Assembly (NCBI GenBank): GCA_000091205.1
Contig: AP006486.2
Strand: one strand, 5' to 3'
DNA from: Cyanidioschyzon merolae
Lineage: Eukaryota
DNA length: 64,000 bases
Positions within the stretch are counted from its first letter, which is position 1, and each line of letters opens with the position of its first letter. Positions 46,868 to 57,868 of this stretch are shown here, one piece after another. The notes below the pieces were generated by a model, which saw only the letters and a program-made list of their open reading frames with translations, made no database searches and was not told the DNA's origin. Both the position numbers and the translations under genes were made by a program.

Positions 46868-48334
46868 CCACAGCGTGTGCAGTCGGTGCCTGAACGCGAC
46901 GAGGAGCAGTACGAGCTCCGTAAAAGTGTGAAGCAAGGCTTAGTTCAGCTTGAACGCCATCATGGTGGGTTTTCCCAGGGCGCAAGGGCCCACGAGCGCA
47001 AGGAACGGGAGGTACACAAGGGAGGACACGGACGCGGTGGCGCCCCTGGCAGCCTCGACGAGGAGATTTCTCGTGTTCTGAAAAAGAGTGGAGGAAAAGC
47101 TGAGGAGGCGCTGCGAATTGCACAGGAAGACGAAGAACCGTACGCGGAAGGAGAAGCTGAGGACGATGCTGAGGATGCGCACGCCGCAGAAGCCACAGGC
47201 ACGGAGCCACTTGAGAACGGGTCCCTGGACGCTTCCGCACCGAGCAGTGCAACACCGGGGGAGAGCGTGCCGTAGAGACTATCGGACGTGTAGTTGGTCG
47301 GTGTCGCTGCGCCGGGAGTGTTCGTCGCGTTAGGAATGTTGGGGGAGTCTTGAGCTGCAACAGCAAAACGAGTCACTCGGGAGGTCTCAGTTCTGGTCGC
47401 GGGTCGACTGCGAGTGCTATTGAGAGCTCTGCACGTAAGTGTCAAACATGTTCCGGAAACGGGCCAGTGGGACGACTTTTGCAACTCCTGGGCTTTGCGG
47501 TGTCTAGTATAGCGTTGTTTTCGGAACGGTCTCGAGACAGAAAGGGTTCGGCAATTCTAGTAGCAACAACCTGAATTGGACATACTGGACACGAGGCTGG
47601 CGCTCGCGGTTAACTGTTCGGAACATACGAATAGAAGAACAGTAAACAATCTTTTACGAGTTGAGTGCGTTTCCCGGGCTATTGATGTAGCTCTCGAAAT
47701 GATTGAAACGTCAGAGCACAGCATATATACTTGAGCGAGAGCCGCGCCCGCCGAGGATCCTCCGTGGATTCGAGGCCCTCCCATGAGATGCTTCAAGCGC
47801 TGAGACGTTGGCGAGACGCGGCGGCCGTGTGTAGAAATGATTCACTAGGGAGCTTTCCAGGTCATTTTCATCATCGACAAAGAGGTTCGGAACGTTTTAT
47901 GCTCAGAGTTTTTCCCGATTATCATGTCAGGGTCATGAATGGTTGTTCGCGGAAACTGTCTCGCCAGCAGGCGCGAAGATGACCTGAGAGACGAGCGTTG
48001 CAGCACGCCGAAGACTACTGGAGCCAATCTTCGACCGGTTCTCATCACGTCGATGACTGTGCATGAACACATCTGGAATTCTGTAGCAGCGCAGTGCTTT
48101 CATGCGTTTCTGACGACGGAACCAAGAGGGCAACATCAGTAAAGGATCTGTCGAAACTACAGGCCCGCGTCACGCTCGATGCTCTGCATATTTCGATATG
48201 TGGCATGGAGTCCATGCATCCCAATGCAAGTCCATTGATTGGTCGACTCCGTATCTGATGCTTTTGTGGGAATATGCAAGTGGCATCCGTGCAAAACCTC
48301 CGGAACTGGAGCGGGTTGAGTGTGAAATTGCACC

Positions 48335-48993
48335 TAGGGTGCTGACAAGCGACAAGCGCGGCATCGACGACTGCGAGAAAGAACTGAAACGAACCACTGA
48401 CTAGCAGCTCGATAACAGTTTCTTTCGACCTTGATAGCAATCGATGAAATCGGGAAAAGTTTCCGAATCTTCGAAAGTTTATCTTCCAGACGGAAGGTCC
48501 AGCGGTCCGGACGAGTCTGCGGGGCTAGTGCTTCATGCTTCCTCCAGTGCAAGGTGCTATGGCGAGACCTGCGTAGCTCGTCTGCAACACAAGCAATCGG
48601 GAAGTAGGGAAAGGAAGCCGCGCCTGGGCGTCGCCCTTGTCGCAGTGGACTCCTGGTAGATCGGTTCGCCCTGGCGCGGGCTCCCAGAACGATGATGTAC
48701 TCCGACCCCGTGTCGGATGAGCCCTGCCTCGAGACGACGCCCTCAGTGGTCTTGCAAAGCCGCTACGTCTCAGTGCAGCATCTGCTTCAGCAGTATATCA
48801 GCGCTACGGAAGGTGCTCGCGGCAGGTACTCGGCGCAGGATAGAACATACGAAACGACCAGTATATCCGAGACCAAGTATGCGTTATGGAACTTGGAGGT
48901 AGATGCCTTATGGCGGACGATTCCCCGGGAGCCATTATCGATTTCGAGTTCTGGGATCCATGGTCAATTGTCCACGGATTGTCATCGAAAAAA
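48335..48993 (+). repeat. Element R, copy iii, plus orientation, with an A6 tail at 48987-48992 pointing toward Fanzor copy 3
   Basis: It aligns over its full length with the reverse complement of 21741-22400 and 27866-28515. It ends ...gtcatcgAAAAAAg. Confidence 0.65.
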
Positions 48994-49136
48994 GAAATCG
49001 ACCGCTGTGATCGAAGCGCTCGGGCCGAGGCGAGGCGCGATCTCGAATGCGGCGCGATCCAAGCGCTATGAGTATATATATAAATTTAGACGGTTGCATC
49101 GCCACCGGCATGGCGCGGTGTGCGCCAAGCAGAGAT

Positions 49137-49248
49137 CCAGTGATAGCTCACTCGCTTCCCATGCGAGGCTACGAGTTGGTAGAGCATTCGGCTGTAGTGG
49201 TACTTTGCATCTACCGAAGGGTCCCTGGTTCGAGTCCGGGTCACTGGA
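49137..49248 (+). tRNA. Probable tRNA-Tyr(GTA) with a 15 nt canonical anticodon-loop intron and an extra 24 nt insertion (intron-like) in the D-arm
   Basis: The 7 bp acceptor stem is perfect: CCAGTGA/TCACTGG. The D-stem is GCTC/GAGC around the D-loop AGTTGGTA, with 24 nt (49150-49173, containing the hairpin CTCGC..GCGAG) inserted after the 5' D-stem strand. The anticodon stem is TTCGG/CCGAA, and the loop CTGTAG|tggtactttgcatct|A matches the eukaryotic tRNA-Tyr loop CUGUAGA split at 37/38. The variable loop is GGGTC and the T-arm is CCTGG-TTCGAGT-CCGGG. The discriminator is A, followed by a T7 run. Confidence 0.55.
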
Positions 49249-49251
49249 AGA

Positions 49252-49258
49252 TTTTTTT
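49252..49258 (+). terminator. Pol III-type oligo-T terminator (T7) immediately 3' of the tRNA
   Basis: The sequence is ttttttt, starting 4 nt after the discriminator base. Confidence 0.4.
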
Positions 49259-49959
49259 CGAAACTTGAGAATCTCGGGATCTGCTCGAAACCACTGCCTA
49301 GGTAAGTCATTTTCTGAATCGGGACTCTGCAGCAACTAGCCGATCCCCGAAAAATTTACAATTCTTGTTCGCAGCCTGCGCAAGGATACTTGCGTCCCGG
49401 CAGACGCTTGTCCCTTCCGCAAGCTCCAACGAGAGTGCCTGGAGGAATCATGTTACAGTCCGTCAAACATTCTAGGATCACCGGGTGCCGGGCATTTGGA
49501 TAGTGCAAGGCCGCTGGATGCGTCTTTGCGAATTCTGTACACTCACAGAATGGCTTCGCGTTTTGTTGATTCGTATCATATCCAGGCGCACAGTACGACA
49601 CATGTGAGGAACGTGGACACAAGGCCGGAACCTGTGGAAAGAACGAATTTCCCGCGACTCCTGGGAGAATCTGCGCGGCATAAGAACAGCTTTGATTTCG
49701 CCGCACCACCAACCAGATGAGGACACACGGAGCAGTTGGCCGGCAGGTTTGTCCCGATCGCCGGATCTTCTTACAATGTAAACTTGGAGACTCGACAAAA
49801 AACCTTGCCCCCATTATGCGCTGCAATATATTAGAACAGGAGCCGTTCGCTAATTGCTCAACCGCGGTCTGTATTCGTTTATCCTGAATAACGATTCATT
49901 GGTTCCGGCACACACCTCGAAAGGAGGCACCGCCGCCTCCAAACACCTCTCGAAAGTTC

Positions 49960-52700
49960 AACGACGTCACCGTTGTACAGTAGTGGCGAGTGACCCGCCC
50001 TAGACAAGAAGTCTCCGACTGCTATGCAGACGCCTCCGCGTCTTTCTCGACCGGCCAACTACTACTGCATCCAACTTTTTCTCATATACTTCGACTTTGA
50101 GAGGCTGTCCAACTATGTTCTCTCTTGTCGACTCTGGAGGTGTTTCCTCCAGCACTGCACATCGCCTTGTATTGATAGCGGCGATAAAGTACCGGCCCAC
50201 AAACTCCATCCGTTTCGTGCCCCCGTTGGTTGTACTTACTAGCGTGAGTAGTCCACGAACTTTCGCTCTCCTTTCCACTTCCTCCTCCGTCAGCGGTCCG
50301 TACTTTGCTATTTCCTCAGGGCTCCTCTGGCAATTTTCCATTTCGACCCTCTGAAGTGTGCACCCTAGCTCGTGTTGTGTGTAGGAGGTTCGGAACAGAT
50401 CTATCGGTTTTGCAACGAAAAGCCTTGCGCACTCCTTGAACACCCTCGTCGTTGGAGCTGGCTTAGTGCCTTTCTTGGGCGCCCAGCGCCCTGCTCTGTA
50501 TGCTGCTACTAGCCTCTGATTTTCACCCTCGTTCAAGGCGCTCAACTGATTGAAAAAATTCGCGAACGCTCGCTACTTACCACAATACAGATTCATTCGC
50601 AAACGAGTCCATCGGGGCTTTATATACTCCTCCCACACCGCATCCCAATGCACAATGCGAACTTCCATGAATATTCCGAAAAGATTCAAAGTCCGCTCCA
50701 CGGCTCGTCACCTTGCTCATAGCTTCCAGGTGCTTCTTCAGTCCAGCATTCATATCTCGATTTTCTTCCACTCATTCAATATACCGGATTCTCGATAGTA
50801 TGTCGCTCTCGAGAACCTCAAAAGGCGCATATCGTTCTGACGAAAGTAACCGTCAGTAACATCTTCCGCGCGCTTGGGTACAGCGATGGTTACGATATTT
50901 GTGTTTCCGGTGTCCCCGCCAACGAAAAAGTCGATATCTTGCACTTTCTGCGTCACAGGATCCACCTCCTTCTTCTCTTCATGCTTCGCCGCGCCAACCA
51001 TAACGTGGTTATCCTGCACTTTCTGTGTGGCAGGATCCGCCTACCTCTCATCTTCATCCTTCACCGCGCCAACGACAAGGTCGTTATCCTGCACGTTCTG
51101 TGTCGCAGGTTCCGCCCCCTTCTCATCTTGATCCTTCACCGCGTCAACAACAAGTTCGTTATTCTCCACCTCCTGCGTTGCAGGATCAGACTCCCCCTTT
51201 TCTTCATCCTTCGTGACGGGCGCAGCCGAGGGAGGGACTGGCCGATCTTTCTTCAACCACCGATAGTGTACAGACATGGCTACTCCATCGGTTTCGATCA
51301 TCCCTGTGAATACCTTTTATTTGCTGACTTTCACACGTTTGAAATCGAAGATATTCTTCCACAAAGGCTCCCGGATTTCACCGGTGAGGTCCTCCCTGTT
51401 AACATTGAACTCCGGACTGATCTCCCTCATGATGCCGTAAAGGACGCCTGAATCGATAGTCACAAAATGTGACTTGATGTTGCTCATTAGAACCACGTTG
51501 AAGCGCTTCCCCATTAGGACAGCCTTCCGTCTCTCCCATTCTTCATTTCTTCCTCAAACAGCTTCATCTCCGCCTTCCGCTCGAGCTCCCGGTCCAGAAA
51601 CACAAAATACCGCATTATGAGATAATAGTATCTTTCCTTATCTTTTTTCGACTCTGATATCATATCTCTTGGATTCGCCAACCACAGTACCGCACGTTGC
51701 TCTTGTCTAGCCGCACGGATCGCAGAAGCTTCGTTCGCGCTCTCGTTTACGCCTTCTCTCTGACAAATTCGACCTCATCTTCACGCTTGCGATCTTTCGT
51801 GATGGCCTTGATAGTCGCCCGTTTTCCATTGCGAGATAGGCCCGGGTAGAGTGCAACCACGGCACGTAACATAAAACGTTCGAGGTTCACTGTCAAATGG
51901 TCCTTCAGATTCGTGGGGTACTTCATGGGCCCATATGAGTGAACATCCCGGTAACCCCAGTATCGAGTACCACTGAAGCTGTAAAAGGGATGTTTTTCGT
52001 GGAGGGCATGCACCCGCTCATTTTCCTTCCGAGCTTCCTCTGTGCCAAGCATCAGCTGACTAACAAAGGTCTTGTCGAAAAAATCTTTCGGAATCTCTAC
52101 CGTTTCCATGTGGGTCACGTCGCGATCCATCTCCCTCGGCAAATGCATCAGTCCTGACAACGCGTTGACAATACTCTTGGAGTAAGAGGCCACATGTTTT
52201 TCGATAGCGTCTCGCAACTTACCCTGTAGGGATCCTTGATATGTCCAAGAAGGAAGGTTTTCACCACCTTCTCGTTGTAAAGTCGACTTTCTTGCCGCCT
52301 TCGATGTAGGGCCTCCTGCTTTCGGTTCTTCAGCTCTTCCTTTTCTTCAGGACTCGGCACTGCTTTTTGTTCTTTTCTGGCAGCCGGCGACCTTGGACCT
52401 CCAGGATCGTGGGCTTGCTTTTTCATAAATTTCCTTTTCTTGTTTTTTAAAGATAACGCTCTTTGAACGCTTCTGTTAGATACTGCGCAAAACACTTGAC
52501 TAGACTTGTTTGAAGCTTGAAACGAAAATGAACAGAAACACTGTACTTTGCTAGGACCTGAACGGAAATTTAACTTTTTTCCAGCTGAACAACACGCTAG
52601 AGATCATAATCACGTTTCCCTTCAACAGCGGCACGCGCGTCGTGTCTCATGTCTGTCTGATCTCCGAGGTGCACTCACCGAGCGCGATGCCTGCACCGCG
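49960..52700 (-). mobile_element. Fanzor-like element, copy 3 (diverged family member, decayed)
   Basis: The minus-strand ORF chain 52426->50000 is colinear with copies A and B at about 60-70% identity. It contains [71 protein letters not shown]...HELGCTLQRVEME and KRMEFVGRYFIAAINTRR. Its 3' terminal sequence (49960-50030) is related to the copy A/B termini, and its 5' flank (about 52600-52700) resembles the copy A 5' flank. Confidence 0.65.
50000..52426 (-). pseudogene. Fanzor/TnpB-like nuclease gene, copy 3, with frame breaks, a lost RuvC-III Asp and an internal tandem repeat expansion
   Basis: The conserved NRDINAAINI is replaced by GRYFIAAINT, so the catalytic Asp is lost. Several frame breaks lie between 50545 and 52150. 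Segment 50930-51240 holds about 4 tandem ~75 nt units encoding (D/E)PATQ.V.DN.LVV.A.K, against 2 units in copies A and B. Confidence 0.6.
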
Positions 52701-53384
52701 CGAGACGCCTCAGCGATCGATGAAGGACACGTGTTCGACAACCCGCCTTGGCACATGCTTGTACGCATCGCACTGCAGCTGAAATAAACTATCGTAGATC
52801 GGAAATTGACGTAGAACGATCTCCTGCTATAGACTCTGTCGCTGGTGCCGACGCTACTGCCCATCGCAGTACCGCCCCGACATACAAGGGGCTGTTGGGG
52901 CCTGACACAAAACCCCTCGACGCTTCTATCAAAAGCGTAGCGTTCTCTGCAGCTTCCGCTTGTGTGGATGAGTTGTGCATCAATCTTCTCGTTAGGAATT
53001 TCATTTGTTTTATTGATCGTAACCAAACAAGGTAAGGTAGTATTCCTGGACTCGTATATGCGTCTGTTCGTGATGCTTGTTATGCATGCCGCACGGACGC
53101 TGCAATGAGGAAATGACCTGAATTGTGCTTCGATCTTGCGTCATACGCTGGTACTGATGGCAGTTCAAGCCATTTGCATGCTATCGTCTTTGTCCAAGTT
53201 ATGGTGCTTGCTACTCTCCCGGATCCGGTGATCTTGGTAGAGGCATCGCATACATAGAGTGTCTATACTTAGCATTCCATTTGACCGACGCATCCGCCAA
53301 AAGCACATACTGTATTCTGATCTACTCTATAAGATTAGTTTCAAGAGCCTAACCCGAACATCGAGCCCGGAAGCGACAAAGCGA

Positions 53385-53490
53385 ACAACGAATGCCTTTG
53401 AGAAAAACGCTGCCGCCCGCGGTGTACAATAGTGCCGAATGACCTGCCCTAGACATGAAGTCTCCAACTGACGTGCAGACGTTTGCAAAA
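53385..53490. repeat. Solo fragment of a Fanzor-element 3' terminus
   Basis: The fragment aacgaatgcctttgagaaaaacgctgccgc...gtgtacaatagtgccgaatgacctgccctagacatgaagtctccaactgacgtgcagacg matches the terminal about 100 nt of copy A (15337-15440) and of copy 3 (49965-50030). No adjacent ORF is present. Confidence 0.5.
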
Positions 53491-54024
53491 AATACAGAGC
53501 ACCGTAGGAAATTTCCTTATGCCTCCTCTACGGTATTCGTCGGAGAGCTGTGGTGAAGTCCATTTACGATCGTTGTGATTTCTGAGCGCAGCACTGCGGA
53601 ACCCTTGGCACTACGTACTGGTGAAGTTGTTGTTCGAAATGGTCTGAGTTCTGCCTAGTTTCTGAAAAGGCATTGAGCGCTTGTGCTAGTTGCGCTGAAC
53701 GCTAGACAATCTACGGGAGATTTAGCTCGGACTCTGGACAATTGACGGGCGATCACTCGTGCCGCTACGCAAAAGAGGTTTTTGACTGGATACGCACACT
53801 TACGCGATCGATTCTAGCCGATGACGTGATCGGCAGCTTTCGCACCGGAGACGACCTAACCCGAGAAAGTACAAGGCATGTTTGTCTCTGATCCGCTGTA
53901 CCGGGGCTAAAGAGTAGTTCGCTCACCTGCTGTAAGTAGAGCACCGTTTCCGCTGGGTACCGAACATGACAGGTGCTTCACAGCTGGACATCGTCACCAC
54001 TGCCAGCGTCCGCTTCCTTTGGTA

Positions 54025-55080
54025 ATGCAGCGTTCGCCTGTAGCGCGCCGGCATCGTATGCTGCATCTTCGTATGGGCCCGAAACAGTCGCAGATCGCCG
54101 TGGTCACTGGCGCGTCCTCTGGGGTCGGTCTGTATGCAGCTCACGCTCTGATCAACAAGGGCAACTGGCACATCGTCATGGCATGTCGTGACGTCGACCG
54201 GGCGGAGCGCGCAGCAAACAGCGTAAACCTTCCAAAGGACGCCTATACAGTGCTGCATTGTGATCTGGCTGATTTCGCCTCTGTACTAAAGTTTGTGAAA
54301 GGGCTATCGAGTGTGGCGCGCGTCGATCACCTGGATGCCCTGATCTGCAATGCCGCAATCTGGCATCCGCGGGTCAAGAAACCGCGTTTCACGGTGGACG
54401 GCATCGAGAAAACCATGCAGGTATGCCATCTGAGCCATTTGCTTCTATGTCGGGAGCTGTTGCCGAAGCTGAAAATATCGCGCGGGCGCATTGTGTTTCT
54501 GACGACTCAGACACACTCGCCGGATTCGCTGCCGGGAAAGATCCCCCCGCAGGCTCGTCTCGGGGATTTATCTGGTCTAGCCGCGGGGCTTGATCCGCAG
54601 ACGACGGACATGGTAGAAAGTGGCCCGTTTCAGCCCACAAAAGCTTTCAAAGACGCCAAAGCCGAGAACGTGTTGACAATGAAGGCGCTCAGTGATCGAT
54701 ACGGCCGCGACGGGGTGACCTCTGTGGCGATTTTCCCGGGATGTGTCGCCGAAAGCAACCTCTTCCGCGAAAAGCGTGGCTGGTTCCGGTACGTATTCTT
54801 CCCGATTCTTCAGAAGTATATCACTCGGCAATACGTTCCGAATGATGAGGCCGGCCGCCGTGTAGCCGAAGTGGCGACCCAGGGACAGTTCTCGGACGCG
54901 GGCTCGTATTGTCAGTGGCGTGGCAAATATACGGAAGGTCGAGAGAAGACGAAATCGCAGGTTATTGAACCAACGTACGAAATCGACAAGGCAGATCAGC
55001 TATACGAACTGAGTCTTGATCTGATCGACCAGGCGTTACGGAGGCGAGGCCTCAAGTCGACTATCTTGGCCCCTGTCTAA
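54025..55080 (+). CDS. POR: Light-dependent NADPH:protochlorophyllide oxidoreductase (SDR family)
   Basis: The ATG is at 54025 (the track start at 54019 is TTG). VVTGASSGVGLYAAHAL...WHIVMACRD..RAERAA.S...P..YTVLHCDLA....V.KFV, IPPQARLGDLSGLAAGL and FPGCVAESNLFREKRGWFRYVFFPILQKYITRQYVPNDEAGRRVAEV closely match plant and algal LPOR (IITGASSGLGL...WHVIMACRDFLKAERAAKS...[80 protein letters not shown]). It stops at TAA. The N-terminal presequence looks short. Confidence 0.85.
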   Translation: MQRSPVARRHRMLHLRMGPKQSQIAVVTGASSGVGLYAAHALINKGNWHIVMACRDVDRAERAANSVNLPKDAYTVLHCDLADFASVLKFVKGLSSVARVDHLDALICNAAIWHPRVKKPRFTVDGIEKTMQVCHLSHLLLCRELLPKLKISRGRIVFLTTQTHSPDSLPGKIPPQARLGDLSGLAAGLDPQTTDMVESGPFQPTKAFKDAKAENVLTMKALSDRYGRDGVTSVAIFPGCVAESNLFREKRGWFRYVFFPILQKYITRQYVPNDEAGRRVAEVATQGQFSDAGSYCQWRGKYTEGREKTKSQVIEPTYEIDKADQLYELSLDLIDQALRRRGLKSTILAPV

Positions 55081-57868
55081 GGTTTGTTAGTGATGAAAAT
55101 GAGATGCGGCTTCGGAGCACAGACCGCTGCTTCTAGAACAGATGTAAGAGCAACAGCGTAACGATGAGACGACACCCCACTGTCACAATCGGATATTGAA
55201 CGGATGGGTGGGCACTCCTCCTGATGTAGAGAACCAAAATTGCTTCGCGAGTCATGAAGCGTACTGCAATAGTGATTAATATAGCTATAGCTATGACCTA
55301 CTTCGCATCGAATGCGCCAGAGTATGCTAAAATCGGTCGTCCGTGAGTGTAGAGCATATGTGCGGCCACTGCAGATAGCGTATCCGCTATGGAGTGTACG
55401 CGAAAGCGTTCAGAATTAGGGACATTTATTGTTGAATCTCATCGTGTGACCTGGTACTGAATATGAAATGCATCCGATTCTTTTTCTCCGGCCGTGAGAC
55501 AGATGCATGGAATCAGGATTTTCCTGGTCCCTAGGAGCTGCCTGGGGACAGGGGATGCTATGAGTGCCCTCTTCCGAATTTGAATGGATTCTACGAGTTT
55601 CAGAGCGGTCTCTCATGTTATATTAGTGGGTCGTACCTTCCGGGCAGTGCGCTAGGACATGTCATTAGTCTGCGACAGCCGAGCGACAGCCATCGAGTGG
55701 CGGGCTAGAAGAAGCTAGATTACTACGGCACGGTGCTGACCAACACAGCCTTCCCCGTGTGTACTGGGAAAGCGGTGCCGAAGAGGAGCAACGTAGGTCG
55801 TGTTTGAACACCGCCACTACGGGGAGGAAACGGGATGTACGATCTCCACAGATTTTACCCTTTCGAGGCAGATTCTGCCAAGAAGGCGAATCGTCAAATT
55901 GAAGGATGATTTCGGCTTTCAACTTCTACTCTGGGGGATTAATTGCGAATATCTAGTTGCGAGCATGTATTTAGCTTCTGTTTTCTTTTTTCTTTGGATA
56001 CAGTAGGGCAAGCAGGTGAACCACGCAAGCAGCCCGCATGTTAGATTGCGAAAAATATTGCAGAAGCGGGATCGTAGCATGAAGAAGCTCTAAACTCCAG
56101 ATTGCGCCTTCGCATGCGAGAACATCCAAATAAACTCCGATGAAGCCGTAGCAGCGAGCCATCGAACACAGAACAATGCGAGAGGCCCAAGGAATGGATC
56201 ATGGCTCCGCTCACTGACAGAGCCGGTGATCGTGCCTCCCGCGAATCATTGGACAAAAGAGAACAAGGAATCCAGGGCAATATGTCTGGGGAGAGCGTTC
56301 AAGAAAAAAGGATATGTACTGGGCAATGTGCTGTATGAAAAGCACATTGCGAGACAGGTGCTGGCATCATTGCCTGAGCACGGTTGAAGTTCGACATAGA
56401 ATTTGTCCGTAGACTTGGTCGCCAAGTCTCGCTGTTTGCTCGATAACTATGCGGAGATTTTCGTGGATCCTGCTGGGAAGACTGTCGGATCGCCAAAGGT
56501 GTATATGGTACTTATAAATTGCCCGCTACTCAACTAAACAGTTACGGAACGACGCCTCTGGGAATACAATTGTTCATGATGCTAGGCACCGTCTTGAAAA
56601 AGCAGCTACACATTCAGCGACTCTGATCAAGCAGGCAAACATGATCTGATTTCAGTTCTCGAGCCCCCAGACGTTGGACCATTGTCTTGGCTGCTGCCAA
56701 AAGACCAATTCAGACTAGAGCATTTTCAAAGTTCAACAAGTTCCCACTCCGAAATGCGAGCATGGATATTCATTGGTGTCATGACGCCCTTGGCGGGTTA
56801 CGGATCGAGGCCGACATTCATGTAGACAGTGTCATCTGAAGCAACAGAGCTCTCTTTCCGGGGCGGGGATGTAAACATACACTCCACGGAGGATTTTTCG
56901 GTATATTGGATGAAACGTGAGGAAGTCTCCGATTGTGAAAGTATTCTACGCGGATCATTGGTCTGCGCCAGCCCTGCAAATGCATGGTGATGCAAGGCTT
57001 GCCAGCGGCAGTTGAAATACATGCTCAAAGCTTACGCCGAATACGGTTAGATGAAGAAGTGACTTACGAGTTCCCACTTCGTGGGTTGATAGCTGAAGCA
57101 TGGGTACGGACATGTGCGGGTGTTTTCGAGCAACGAGGCAGGGTCCCGAATCAGAGACCACATTCCTCGCGAGCAATATTGTTTAGTTTTCCTCGCAATA
57201 GAAATATTGGAGCTCACTAGTTAATGTTTCTTATCTAAGACAAATACCAATGGTACAGACCTACATAAACCTCCCAACTACTCAGCTTGGCTATCACCAC
57301 GAGAACAGGACTGCAACACAATAAGTCTAACACGGAATATTTCCACTACAATCGTCTTCCTAAAATATAAAATAGAAAATACGCCTTAGAGATTCATCTG
57401 CCTTTCAGGTGGAAGACGAACCTCAGCAACCGATAGTTCGTTATTCGCTATCCTTCTTACCCCAAGCCATAGTCTGTTGAGCCCTGCTGACTCGCACCTG
57501 GAAGGAGCAGTACTCGGGAGTTACTCATTCCAATGAAATCCCACTAGCCTATATATAGCTTTCAGTACCTCTCTCAACTTGGATATTTCGGACTATGAAC
57601 CCCGAAATCCCTACGTCCGTTACGCTCCAGTCTCGACATCAACGTGAATTCTTCATCGCATCATGATGACTCCAATTCAAATTCCTCTGCAGTGCGCGCG
57701 CGCGTTTCGCGTTTTTGGCGCTATCACGTTGTGCGTTGTTGTATTGGCTTTCACAACACACGGCGGTTACGTTCGTGTTGACCATATCGAAAAAACAATA
57801 GTGAAGATATATTCACGCAAGAAAGAACAAATATCCGTATTTATTGGACTGAGAGAGCGTCGAACGAG

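Noticed and set aside
46736-47484. Mutually overlapping ORFs 46736-47275 (+), 46749-47366 (-) and 46960-47484 (-), all low-complexity
   Set aside because: GC-rich low-complexity sequence gives open frames on both strands and none has recognisable features. Only the tetraspanin-like 46025-46867 ORF was kept, at low confidence.
54019-54024. ORF-track N-termini shown as M at non-ATG codons (examples: 54019 TTG, 33245 TTG, 37613 TTG, 13287 TTG, 40836 GTG, 41449 GTG, 46936 TTG, 12911 TTG)
   Set aside because: The track evidently allows alternative (bacterial-type) start codons. For a eukaryote I moved each start to the first in-frame ATG.
53973-54191. ORF 53973-54191 as an independent gene upstream of POR
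   Set aside because: It starts on GTG, contains no ATG, and overlaps the POR N-terminus in another frame. It is more likely an out-of-frame reading, or at most an unresolved presequence (see finding).
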